DNA of 64,000 nucleotides from Macrostomum lignano (Eukaryota). Positions within the stretch are counted from its first letter, which is position 1. Each line of letters starts with the position of its first letter. Position numbers and translations under genes: made by a program. Shown one piece after another: positions 12,341-23,800 of the stretch. The notes under the pieces are model-generated. The model did no database searches and had not been told where the DNA came from. It was given only the letters and a program-made list of their open reading frames with translations. The stretch is taken from positions 119,118-183,117 of the forward strand of contig NIVC01001876.1 of the NCBI GenBank assembly GCA_002269645.1. Direction: 5' to 3'.

Positions 12341-13046
12341 GCTTGTCAGTCTATCTGTCTGTCTGTCTGTCTGTCTGTCTGCTTGTCAGTCTATCTGTCT
12401 GTCTGTCTGTCTTTCTGTCTGTTTGTCTGACTCTGTGCTCACTGACTGACTGTCTATCCGTCGGTCTTTTTCGGTCTGTGTGACTGTCTGGCTGACAGAC
12501 TCACCGTTTTTCGCCTATCTGCCTGTCTCTGTCGTGTTTGTCTGTCTGTAACTGCATGTCTTTCTGTCTATGTCGGCATGTCTGTCTAGTTCCCAACAGT
12601 GAATACCCTAAGCGTATATGTTCTACACCGCCAACAATACAGTGCTACGGCAAAGGCGCCGTCTTAAAAGAAGACATTGAAGAGAGCCTTGGCAACGCCG
12701 ATGAAGCCATTAAGATTCTGGGCCATCGGGTTACAGTTCTAACTAGAACTAGCGACAAGAAAGTGAGTTATTTTTATAACGATCCCTCGTTGCAACTGCC
12801 AGTTGATGAAGAATTTAAAAGCTTTGGCGCAGCTGCACGGTGCAGAGCATCGACGAGCAGCAGATGCAGCAGTACCTCAGCGGCCAGGGCATCTCGGCTG
12901 CCGACGCTGAGAAGCCGCTCGGCTTCACGCCGGCGTCGCGATCCGGCCGCCGCGGCGCTCGTGCCGGTAAGAAAGCAAATAAAGCGGTCAAGTTAAAGGA
13001 CAACGAGCACGTCACCCATATGCTGGAGGATTTCGGCGATAAGTGA
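10432..13046 (+). CDS. GTF2E2: General transcription factor IIE subunit beta; exons 10432-10785, 11662-11826, 12643-13046; apparent 1-nt deletion at 12817-12820
   Basis: Motifs [66 protein letters not shown] and [13 protein letters not shown] match TFIIE-beta. The introns are phase-0 GT-AG. One extra A in TTTAAAAGCTTTGG restores FKKLWRS and the conserved C-terminus. Confidence 0.93.
10830..11443. repeat. Minisatellite of ~18-20-bp GGGGCGCCAGCTACAGA units in GTF2E2 intron 1
   Basis: About 30 units. A block of variant units (GGGGCTCCTACTAC...AAAAAAGGG) recurs ~363 bp later as a higher-order duplication. Confidence 0.95.
12105..12240. mobile_element. Small nested-palindrome MITE in GTF2E2 intron 2
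   Basis: Outer inverted repeat CCTTGGGAATCACTCGGCCGTTTCTAT / ATAGAAACGGCCGGGTGAATCCCTAGG. Inner inverted repeat AGTCGCTATTGG / CCAATAGCGACT. Central palindrome AGTCACGTGACT. Confidence 0.7.
12268..12430. repeat. (TCTG)n microsatellite
   Basis: Imperfect TCTG tandem repeats. Confidence 0.95.
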
Positions 13047-13267
13047 AACGATTTCTTCTATTTGTACGAATTGTCTACTTGAAATTGTCTGGCTTTGGTG
13101 AGCAGCTGAATGGTAAACTTGTTTGACTTTCGGTTGGTTCGATGCGGTCTTTATGGCTTAAAGTGTACATTCGTGAAGATTAGAAAGTCAGGGCCGCTGT
13201 CAACGGAATGAACAGAGTGGATGATGTCGCCAAGTGCCTTGCACCAGGTTAAGATCAGGTTTAGTAA

Positions 13268-13490
13268 ATTGTAGTCTAGTGGTTACAGCGTCGGACTCAC
13301 GACTTAAAGGTCGGGGGTTCGATTCTCGACCCACTTGGAAAAATCTGTGTTCATGAGCAAGACACTCAACTCTACACAGCTGTAAAATGGGTGCCATCAT
13401 TAGCTGGGGTAGTTGAGGGTGAGTGTGGCAACCCCAGTCCTTGGACTGAACAGCCGTACGCAGTAAGTAAAAATTGCCTGTAGAATAATA
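13268..13490 (+). mobile_element. tRNA-derived SINE with a CORE-like central domain
   Basis: Pol III A box (TAGTCTAGTGG, ~13272) and B box (GGTTCGATTC, ~13316). These are followed by CTGTGTTCATGAGCAAGACACTCAAC...CTGTAAAATGGG, which resembles the MIR/CORE consensus TGTGACCTTGGGCAAGTCACTTAAC...CTGTAAAATGGG. Confidence 0.75.
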
Positions 13491-13796
13491 GTCTGGACTA
13501 GCTCGGTTCGTGGTGGAGAGTCAGACCCTCGATTGCTTGAGTTTTATGGCATACTTAAGATCCATATAGTGTTGCATTTATCTACTTGTCCTGATCGAAT
13601 TTGTTCATTTACGTGGAGACTAATATGTGTTATGCGTTAGTCATTTAACACTGTGTTCATTGATTGTTCAAAACATTATTCACAATAAATTCATGTATGA
13701 TTAATCCAACTTTGGTACTTTAATTTCAAGCCTGTTTATTTGCATATTTCACTTGAATTTACTGTCTGATTGTATTATTAATAATAAATTGTAATA

Positions 13797-14502
13797 TACC
13801 TTTTTACGTTCTATTTGATGGAACTGCAACCAGTTTGGCCACGGCTCAGCCTGACCATAGACATAGAATTTTCCATAGACAGCCACCGCTGGCGGCAGCC
13901 AATTTGGTGAAAACTGCGAGCTATTTTGCCGGCTTAAAGATAGCAGCTGCTCTGATGGCGAATCGTGGGCCGTACCAAAAGATAAGTCGGCTGGATTGAG
14001 AGCGAATCGTGAGAGCGTACAGGAGTGGCGACGACTGGAGAGAGCTTGGCAGAATGATGGGGATGAAGAAACCGACAGTGAGGAACATCGTGACCACGTA
14101 AGAACGAACTGGTAGAGTTGGCAGATACTGGACTGGCTGCTGCAGCAGGTGCGACACTGCATCAGCACAGGATGCGCATTCTGAAGAGAGAAGTGCAGCA
14201 AGCACTGAACTGCATCACGCCTCTCAAGTGCCTGCGCTGGATCAACCATTCCCAGACGTACTTCAATCGGTGCTTGAATGCTGAGGACATAATGTTCTGA
14301 CTTCGTGCATGTATTGTTAACATTCTTTATCGTTATTGTTATGCTATTGAGCTGCTATCTTCAAGCTGGCAAAATAGCTCGCAGTTTTTACCAAATTGGT
14401 TGCCGCTGGCGGTGGCTGTCTATGGAAAATTGCTGCGGCTGCGTCAGGCTGAGCCGTGGCCAAATTGGTTGCAGTTTTTATCAGATAGAACGTAAAAAGG
14501 TA
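13797..14502 (+). mobile_element. Internally deleted Tc1/mariner (IS630-like) transposon
   Basis: About 160-bp TIRs (TACCTTTTTACGTTCTAT...GATAGCAGCT and its reverse complement) flanked by TA. The interior encodes a decayed HTH N-terminus MANRGPYQKISRLD*ERIVRAYRSGDDWRELGRMMGMKKPTVRNIV, fused to a DDE C-terminal tail VQQALNCITPLKCLRWINHSQTYFNRCLNAEDI. Confidence 0.85.
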
Positions 14503-14852
14503 TAGTAATTATGAATGTTCATTTTGTAATTGATGTTACCGTGTTTAATTTTTTTAATAATTGTTATTAGGTAAAGATTAATTTTTTTGTGTATTTAATG
14601 AAGTGCTTTAAGTCTCCAGTTTCTCATTGAGTAGTTTGGCTTTTGGGACACAAAATAGTGCCCGGAAAAGCGTGCTTTATCTCATATAAAGCGTTATGCA
14701 ACTCTCATAGAATTTAGGGCACTACTAAGGCCAGATCAGGGTCGTAGACAAAAAAGGAAAAAATTAAAGAGCCCAACTAGACTTAGATGTTTAGACTTAA
14801 ATTGCGGACACTGTGAGAGTTGCATCATGCTCTACTCGTATAAGTTTTTATA

Positions 14853-15385
14853 TAGCTTTTTGCGTTCTAGTTTGGACTGCGGGCTTTTAATTTGGACACA
14901 GAGTTGAGCAAAGCCCAGAGAATGCTGGCTAGTCTATGGCACAAACCAGAAGCAACTGACGGGCTTTTAAATTCGACAGCGGGCACAAATTTGGACACAG
15001 AAGACAAGAAGATCAAAGTTAAGAACGACAGTAATCAGTTTTTGAGGGTAAGGTTATGAATCTGTATATGTGACCCAAACATTGAACTTATCCAAACCGT
15101 TAGATACAATTTTCTAAAACTTTAAACTTTAAGACACTTGCATTGTCAGAGCCTGTATGTTTCTTCCTTCTAAAAAACTCGTCGTGTACTTTGTGCTCTG
15201 GCTCAAGAAAAACATGCAAGAGAAAGGGGAAGGAAAAGACTGTCCAAATTTGTGCCCGCTGTCGAATTTAAAAGCCCGTCAGTTGCTTCTGGCTTGTGCC
15301 ATAGACTAGCCAGCATTCTCTGGGCTTTGCTCAACTCTGTGTCCAAATTAAAAGCCCGCAGTCCAAACTAGAATGCAAAAAGCTA
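14853..15385. mobile_element. TA-flanked MITE with ~145-bp near-perfect TIRs
   Basis: 14851-14998 (TATAGCTTTTTGCGTTCTAGTTTGGACTGCGGGC...CACAAATTTGGAC) is the reverse complement of ~15242-15387 with few mismatches. The interior is non-coding. Confidence 0.85.
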
Positions 15386-15580
15386 TAGCATTTGTAGTCT
15401 AGTTGAAAGAGCGCGCATTCTAGTCAGACGCTTGTGAAATTTAAGTACAAAGCAAAAGCAGTCTATGGCCATAGACAAAATTACACATAAGGCAGAAATA
15501 AGGTTGTAAATTAGATGTTATCGATTCTTGCATCATGTGAAAAAGGTTCATTAGAGGGTTTGCATTTAACTTCAAAAATA

Positions 15581-16234
15581 CACCCAGCAACATTTAAGTG
15601 TCCACCCTTGCGCCAAGGGTCCATGGGCAGCACGATCGATGGTTTCGCCAATTGGGTTTGGGCCATAGACAAATGAGCAAAAAGGGCAGTAAAGTGTAAA
15701 GACCGATATCTGGTGTCACCGGGAAAAGCGTTAGAGTAACGAGTGTACAGGGGTTTACTGGAGGCATCTGGACGCAGAGTGACAACGATAGTCCGCTAAA
15801 TGACTGATTGGCGCACTCTGCGTTGGCCGTCCAGATCACCGGATATGAACTCGATTGAGCACGTGTGGAATTTCCTGTAGCGCACGATTCGGTGCAAAAA
15901 TCTCTATCCCCCTAGAACATGGTCCAGCTGCGCACTGCGCTTTCAGTCGCGTGGCAACAGCTTCCACAAGACTTTCTGCGGCGCCTTGTTCGGGAATGCC
16001 TCGATGAGTGAACGGTCTGCTGGACGCTCGTGGTTGCTATCTATACCTGTTACTGACTGTGCTTTAGACACGTACACAGCGTGGAAATGGGCATGGACTT
16101 TTTTCGCTGTTCATTCTTTGTTGCATTATTTTTATGTCTATGGCACAAACATAGTTGAAAACCTTTCAATCCCTAATCGTTCAGCTAGTGTAGCCTTTTG
16201 TGCAGACGTGGACACTTTTCAATGTTGCTGAGTG
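15581..16234 (+). mobile_element. Degenerate Tc1-family transposon remnant
   Basis: Imperfect TIRs CACCCAGCAACATTT--AAGTGTCCAC / GTGGACACTTTTCAATGTTGCTGAGTG, with TA on the left. The interior ~15810-16050 encodes WPSRSPDMNSIEHVW (Tc1 motif WPxxSPDLNPIEHxW) and ...AWQQLPQDFLRRLV...LLDARG. Confidence 0.8.
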
Positions 16235-16696
16235 GAAGTGCTACTTCATGATAAGAGTCGGTCGATGATGTCTTGCTCCCTTTCTGTTCAAGTTTGTTCC
16301 AAATGTGGTGCACAGATGTTCTCTTAACATCCAACATCCTAAAAAATCAGCGACTTTTTAGCGTATAGCTCAATATTTCACTGTAATATTCGTAAGAATT
16401 TGTAATCTATAATCTTAGTGAGACGGTATTTGCTTTTTTATTACAATCTGTTTTCAGCTTGTAGCTATAGATCTACAATTTTATGTTTATACTAGTGTGC
16501 CTCTATAGATAACAGAATTGGCGAGTTTTGCTTAGTGACACAGAAGAAACACAGTGAAATAACAAGCGTATTCATGCACATTTCCTAACGCTATTTTTCG
16601 TTTTAACTTCTTTGCTTCAGCCTTTCATTCCACTCTAGTATCATTGTATTATTAGCGGTTTAAAAAACACAAGAAATCAACAAAACGAACAGCATC

Positions 16697-18791
16697 ATGG
16701 CAAGTCGCTCAGACGCTGCAGATCAGAACTTTGACTACATGTTCAAATTATTGATTATTGGCAATTCGTCGGTTGGCAAGACATCATTTTTATTTCGCTA
16801 TGCGGACGATTCGTTCTCGTCGGCTTTCGTATCGACTGTTGGCATCGATTTCAAAGTCAAGACCGTGTTTAGAGATGATAAACGGGTTAAACTGCAGATC
16901 TGGGTGAGAGCGCTTGTTTGCCATGGCGTGCACCCAGATGCTTGTAAGGGCTGGGTCAGTCCCCAGATTCTCAGTTGCTGGGCCAGCCTCCCAGATCCTC
17001 AGTTGCTGGGCCAGCCTCGCAAATCCCCAGTTGCTAGGCCAGCCTCCCAGATCCTCAGTTGCTGAGCCAGCCTCCCAAAGTGTCAGTTGCTGGACTGCCA
17101 GCCTCCCAGATCCTCAGTTGCTGGACTGCCAGTCTCCCAGATCCTCAGTTGCTGGACTGCCAGCCTCCCAGATCCTCAGTTGCTGGGCCAGCCTCCCAGA
17201 TTCTCAGTTGCTGAGCCAGCCTCCCAAAGTGTCAGTTGCTGGACTGCCAGCCTCCCAGAGTGTCAGTTGTTGGGCCAGCCTTCCTCAGATCCTCAGTCTC
17301 CGAGCCGCCAAAAGCGGGTCCATGAGAATTGCTCGCCGAGCTTTTCCCGCCGAGGTTTCCCCGCAATGCTTTTTCCTGCAGCGCATTTGGCAGCTAGATT
17401 CTGTCTGCAATGCCCCCCCCCCAAAAAAATGCATTTGATATGCAGTTACCATCAAAACGTTTGATCGGGTAAATCTCTTTATCAAGACTTACTAAGCATT
17501 ATGGAGGCAATGCAGACAAAATCTGCCGCGTGGCCAAATGCGCTGCAGGAAAAGAGCATTGCGGGCAAACCTCGGCGGGAAATACGTCTGTGGGCATTTC
17601 TCGTGCTCCCGCCAAAAGCACCACTACATCGAAACATCCCTATTAAACCACTTTCAAGACCACAACATTGCAACTATTTATTAATTAGTAGTCATTATAT
17701 ATATTTCATATAAATTAATCTGCAGGACACGGCAGGCCAGGAACGCTACAGGACCATCACCACGGCCTACTATCGCGGCGCAATGGGATTTATCCTCATG
17801 TATGACGTCACCAACGAGGATTCTTTTAACGCTGTGCAAGACTGGTAAGTTTTTCTCTAATCCATATATGATTATAGCTTTAACATTATCTCGAGAACGG
17901 ACTCGCATTTAATAAGACCGCCTGTGTCTCTTTCTGTCAATCATTTGCTCAGGTGCACCCAGATTAAGACTTACTCGTGGGACAATGCACAAGTGGTACT
18001 CGTTGGCAACAAGTGCGACCTAGATGAGGATCGAGTAGTCAGTGCCGAGCGAGGCCGACAGCTAGCTAATCAACTTGGCAAGCTTCTTTACATTTTTTGT
18101 TAATGTATTTGGTAATTTATTCTGTAGACGAATAATTTTTTTCTATTGCCCTAACAACCAAATTGCAGGCTTGGAATTTTTCGAAACCTCAGCCAAGGAC
18201 AATCTCAATGTTACCGATGTGTTTGAACGCTTAGTTGACATCATCTGCGAGCGGATGTCCGAAGCTACGGATGGCGATGCTACTAGCGGAGGTGGGTAGC
18301 TTAATAGGCCTGCTGTAGGTAGAGATTACACAGACAGACAGACAAACAGACGGATAGATGCTAAGACAGACGGACACGCAGACAGACAAACAGACGGACA
18401 GGCGGACAGACAGACTGGCACTAAGATGGACAGACACTAAGACAAACAGACAGACAGATGCTAAGACGGGAGCACGGGAATTTCTCGCAGGAAGTTTTCC
18501 CGCCGAGTTTTGTCCGCGCGAGGTTTTCCCGCAAGAGGTTTTCCCGCCGAGGTTTTCCCGCTGAGATTTTCCCGCAGCGACGTTTTCCCGCGTGATTTTT
18601 CCCGCCGAGGCTTTCCCGCAGGTTTTTTCCAGTCGGAATTTTAAGTCAAATCCAGTCTACAATGCTGGACTAAATATATAGGCAGATCAATACAACGCAG
18701 ATAAACAAATAGACCGACCTGATTTCAACCTGCAGGCACCAGACTAAAGGAGAGCTCCAACGAGAAGCAATCATCCGGCTGTAGCTGCTAA
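16697..18791 (+). CDS. RAB3: Rab3 small GTPase; exons 16697-16903, 17726-17844, 17953-18077, 18169-18291, 18736-18791
   Basis: [82 protein letters not shown] and a C-terminal CSC prenylation motif. Intron 3 (18078-18168) is GC-AG. Confidence 0.96.
16965..17300. repeat. ~28-32-bp minisatellite (GCCAGCCTCCCAGATCCTCAGTTGCTG) in Rab3 intron 1
   Basis: About 11 tandem units. Confidence 0.92.
17335..17590. mobile_element. Inverted-repeat (MITE-like) element in Rab3 intron 1
   Basis: TTTCCCGCCGAGGTTTCCCCGCAATGCTTTTTCCTGCAGCGCATTTGGC pairs with GCCAAATGCGCTGCAGGAAAAGAGCATTGCGGGCAAACCTCGGCGGGAAA. Related TTTTCCCGC(C/A)GAGG units form a tandem run at 18478-18632. Confidence 0.65.
18330..18632. repeat. 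(CAGA)n tract followed by TTTTCCCGCNGAGG tandem units in Rab3 intron 4
   Basis: Seen directly. Confidence 0.85.
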
Positions 18792-20838
18792 AGACAATCG
18801 ATTTTCGAGCCCTAAGACTGTTGCATGAAGAGTTCTGGCTAATTGTCCACTATGGGTTTTGATGGCTGAACAGTTAAATAGATTGCTTCACAAAAAACTT
18901 GAGTTTTTGATTTAATGTTAATGTAATTACATCGTTGTTTTGTTAAGTGTGCTTTAATAATATCCTAATTATTTGTTAAATTATTGCCTCCAAGAATCTA
19001 ATTTGCACTACTTGTATAAGTAATATAGCACATAGTTTGTTGAGTTTTGTGACTTGTGTTTCTTTTGGGTTTATATTTTTCTCTTTTGTTTGTAATTGTT
19101 TTCAAGAAGTTCTTCAGAAAATTCCTATCGTTCTGTGATAGCTAAGCGAGACACAATTCGTCGAAATTTGTTTGTTTGTTTACTTACTGTATTTAAATTT
19201 TGTCATTCTTTTGTTGCAAGTTTTCAATTTCTGTCATCGATCTTACAATCAGTCGCGGTGCTCAGTTTATAACACTGGATTCGGCTCTCTTGACTATAGT
19301 TTATTTCTCAGTTTACTTTCCGTCTCTGTGACATTATAGTGGTGTTGTACTAGTATTAGATGAATATTAAATTGATTATAATTTTACTACATATCGAGTG
19401 CAAATTAGTACCTTATTCAAACTTGTAATTCCATATAAATTGTTAAGCTTTTTTTACTTATAATCTAAAGTCTTTGTCAATTTCGATTTATCGTTGTTAC
19501 TTTATATTATAGATAAAAAATATTCCATGTCATTTGATTTTGATTATTAATTTACAGCTTGCCACAGTTTTCGTCCATTCTAGCTCTATAAAGTTTCTGT
19601 TTTATTTTTTTATAGAAAAATATTGCTTCGTATGTACTATTTATATAGTCAGTAGTCTTTGTTACTCGTATTATACCTACATTAGTTAATCATTATATTC
19701 AATTGAAAACTAACCATAACCATAATTAGCCTAAAGCTAGACAAACTTTAAATTAACAGACATTAGTTTGTATCTGTTATATGTTGGTCTGTCTAAACTT
19801 TATATTAATTTCTAATACTAATGGGCTTTAATTATATTGCTTGCCCAAGCCTAGTGCTGTTTTGTTTTTTAATGTACTTTTTGTCTGTGACTGTCTAATC
19901 TAATAGTGTAATGTCTAGATCTACGAGTATATAATTGTTAAACAGCAATTTGGTTGGTTAGCCGCCGGTAATTTTGACGCCGATTATAAAAGTTAGATAA
20001 GATAAAATTGGCTTGGCGGGTTTAGAAACATCGATAATATAGCCAGCCCACCCACACGAGACAGCGAGTTAAAAGCCCGGTTAAGCCCAGTCAACCACAA
20101 TTGGCTGGTTCGGCACTGGGTCTGATGAAGGTGGGGCTTAGAAAATTTATAGCCAAGCGCAGTCTAAAGTCTTAAAATGGTATTTACATGAGAGTACTGA
20201 TTATATGTGGTCGTTAAAACAAAATCGGTTGGTTGTTGTTTAAATTCGACCAGATTATATGTCCTCGTGTACTTGAATTACTATATACTTTTATTGTTTA
20301 TCTGTACATTTTGTTAACAAAAAAACGTCCGCAAAATTTGGCTTGTCGTGTTCATTAAAAAGAAATTGACATATTTGCTTTTTTTATTTTCAACGGCTTT
20401 TTAGAATGTGTATTTGTGATTGTATTTAAGGAAAAGCATTGCTGGACAAAATGCGTAATATATTTAATAGTATTTATGATTATATAGACAGGTATACATG
20501 TGTAACGGACTAACTTAAATGTTATTATAATTGACTGTCGTATTTGTTGTTCCATTCATTTTCGGGGCTTGCGATTATCTATAATGTTAGTCTTCGTTCA
20601 ACAGATGTTACATTCACACTACAAATTGGTCTACAATAGTACAAGTCTCTTGAATTAACAAAAGCTGAAAAGTGCTCGAATGTTGATTGTTTAACGGTAT
20701 GCTGTACCACTCTTGATAGGGTGGTAATTAAAGCAACAGGACCAGATATCGTGAATGCAAAATTGCCTGACTTTGGTTGTATGTTTATAAGCTAAATTTT
20801 CCTGTTAATTCAGTTGATTCGCATGCAATTTCCAGTCC

Positions 20839-23800
20839 ATGGAGACTATTACAAGCCCGACTACTACCGAGGCCAGAGAGTACATCCTGCTATACGCTTC
20901 GTGCGAGTATGCTCAATTTCGTTTCGCCGAATTCGTCTCTCTAGCCGGACTATTCGATTGTCGATTTGGCGTAGTTTTCACCGGAATCGATCGCGAACGA
21001 CAATTAATAGCCAATTATAGCCAGCAGCAGCCAATTTGGTCGGATGAACTCTTTAGCGATACGCCAACAAACGCCGGCGTTCACGATTGGACCGGCGTTG
21101 CAGCAGAAGCCTCGATTGGCAACAATAAATTACAATTATGCTCAACTTGGTGGCGATCTCGTTCGGTTGTGTGCATACTGTGCGAAGACGAAACCAAATT
21201 ACGCCAAGTTGTTGAACGAAGCGCATTGATTAAATCGTTACTGCGAGTGTGGCAATCGACTAGCTGCTTGTTGACCATGCTTAATCACGTGACTAATGGA
21301 GAACTGGCGCCTTATCTAGCGGAAGCTTCGTCAGGCTTTGACAATGGCGCCTGGACTAGATGGAGAATGTGCATAGAATTGGTTAACGTATCAGCAGCTA
21401 TGGACTTCAAGGTTGGCATTGTTGATCAGTTTGGCGAGGCTGGCCTAGATATGCCTGGTCAAGTGGATTTGAGAAAGCCGGAATTTGAGCTCTATTATTT
21501 GGAGCATTGGCGCTACGACTTGACAGCCGGAGCTGTCACTGACAAGGTTAGTAGTACCTACAATGAGTTACTTGGAAAGCCGATCGAAACAAATCGCACT
21601 CAGCTCTCGTTCTGTCTCTAAGACGATCAGAAGTTGTTACACCCTATCTAGCATCTAGCAATTGCTCCATCCCACTCTGAGCCACAGAACCGTAGTTACC
21701 TATCAGGAATAGACCTGAAACCAATTTAGATCCGTATTAACTACCCATTGAAAGAATCCCCTTGACAACCTTGAGAGAATGCCCGTGACATACATATAGA
21801 CTCCAGTATAGCAGCGGAAGTACAGTGTAATACACAGCAAATGATTCAATATCAGACGATGTACATATAGAAGTAGATGGGGAGAAGTGGACAATCTACA
21901 TATACTGGTAGATGTAGATAGGGGATAGTCGGCATAGGCAATGTGCATAGAATTAGATATAAAATATAAAAGTAGGCAATGTACATAGAGAAGTATATAT
22001 TAAAATTAGTACCCTTAAGGATAGTGTTTTTACTGCATACTCAGTAGTATATTTGCGCTAAATGTGCTGAAAAATCAACATTAACTGCACAGTAAGTAGC
22101 GACATACTATTGAAAATTGACAACCCATCGCAAAATTTAAAAAATCTAATACTTCACTGCATGCTTCATCCTACCCACCGGTCTGACACCCGCAGACTCC
22201 GGTCAGAGTCTATCTCGCTCCAAAGCTCTGCTCCGGCCAGTCCCGAGCGGCACTGCACAACCTGTCCCTATCTCGCCGGATATTTATCGGCAATACGTCA
22301 ATGAACGTTCAGTTGGCTTTCATCATGTGCAATTTGGCTAGAGTGTCGCCTGGACAGCTAGTTGTTGATCCGTTTGTTGGCTCCGGTAGTATCTTAGTTT
22401 CCGCTGGCTATTTAGGCGCCTACTGTTTAGGCCAAGATGTGGATTATAACATCGTATTCGGATTGGGCAAATCTACTAAAGCCGAAATGCGACGCCAGAA
22501 GCGTACGGAGGACGAACGCTTGTCGGCTAATTTTGCTCAGTACGGTATTTCTAATCGATTTGTTGATTGCTTAGTTGGCGACGCCAGCCAGCACGTTGGT
22601 CTGTGGCGTCATAGCGCTTTATTCGACACTGTCCTGACTGATCCGCCCTACGGTATTCGAGAACGAAGCCGAAAAGTAAAGCGCGATCCGGATGGTGGGC
22701 CGAAAAAGTTGGATGAGAACTATTTCCCGCCGAAAGAGCACTATTCTCTTGGCGATAGCGTATCGGATCTGTTGGGATTCTGCGCGATGAGACTTGTACC
22801 TGGTGGTCGGTAGGTTTTAGTCTTCAACTACTTTAATAATCTTGGGGAACGTCGCTGGTTTACATCGCCATCAGATCAAGGAACACTGTAGTATAAAAGG
22901 ATGTTGTTAAACGAGGAGGGAAGCCGGGGCCACCCGCGGATCAGCCCAGAGAAGGGCTCTGCCGCTATATTTAGGGAGCCATACTACCAGGGGCCGAAGC
23001 CCGAGAGGCCCAAATTGGGACTAGGACTCAAGACCTGGTTAAAAAAGCCTTATTGGATGCTACTAACCCAAGCCCATGGACTAAAAACACCGCCAACCCA
23101 CAGTGGAATCAGGGACGGTGCAAGGACTGATCCACCCAAGCCACCCCCAACGACAAAACCCGAGTAAGCGCGCGAAAAAAAAAATGGAATTTTTTTGGAA
23201 AGCGGTCCGAGAGCGGGAATACCCGAAGTCTACGGAAACGGCTTTAGATTGGAGTGAGTCTCAACAGCTTATTACCAAGGGCGAGTCTCCTATCTGGAGA
23301 CGGAAAGTACAAGTTCCCCCCTATAGGGCTGCAAGCCACAAGGCTTTTTCACTACCCAGCTCTAAGATTTGGAATTTGTAAGTAGCAGTCCGAGAGCGGC
23401 AAAGACCCGAGTCTACGTAAAGGCTTTCATATTGGAAAATAAGCCCAGACCAATAGGTTGGAGACGAGCACAGGGAGCAAAATGACCACCAGGCTCAGCC
23501 GGTTTTCCCCAATTCGGGACGAACATCAACCCCAGGACACCAATCCACTGTCAGTGATGAGAGCCGAGTCACAATAAGCAGGGAGACAACCAGAGGAACT
23601 AGCCGATGGACCAAGGGAGCAGATGGAAACACAGAGGCGAGATCTATCAACTCCTAACAGGATGTAAAACTCAAAGATCGTGTTATTTTTTGGAGGTTAA
23701 TTTTCTGGAAAATACGAGCTATAACCTACGGAAATAGAAAGTTTAATTTTCATATTGTTTTATTTAGTAAGTCTAAAGTTTTTAATACTCACAAGTTGGC

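Noticed and set aside
13270-13335. tRNA-Val(CAC)-like gene
   Set aside because: A and B boxes are present, but the anticodon and acceptor stems do not pair well and a CORE-like domain follows directly. It is a SINE head.
18292-18299. Rab3 ending at the in-frame TAG (…SGG*)
   Set aside because: This would lack the prenylation motif. Splicing at G|GTGGGT to 18736 gives the canonical CSC end.
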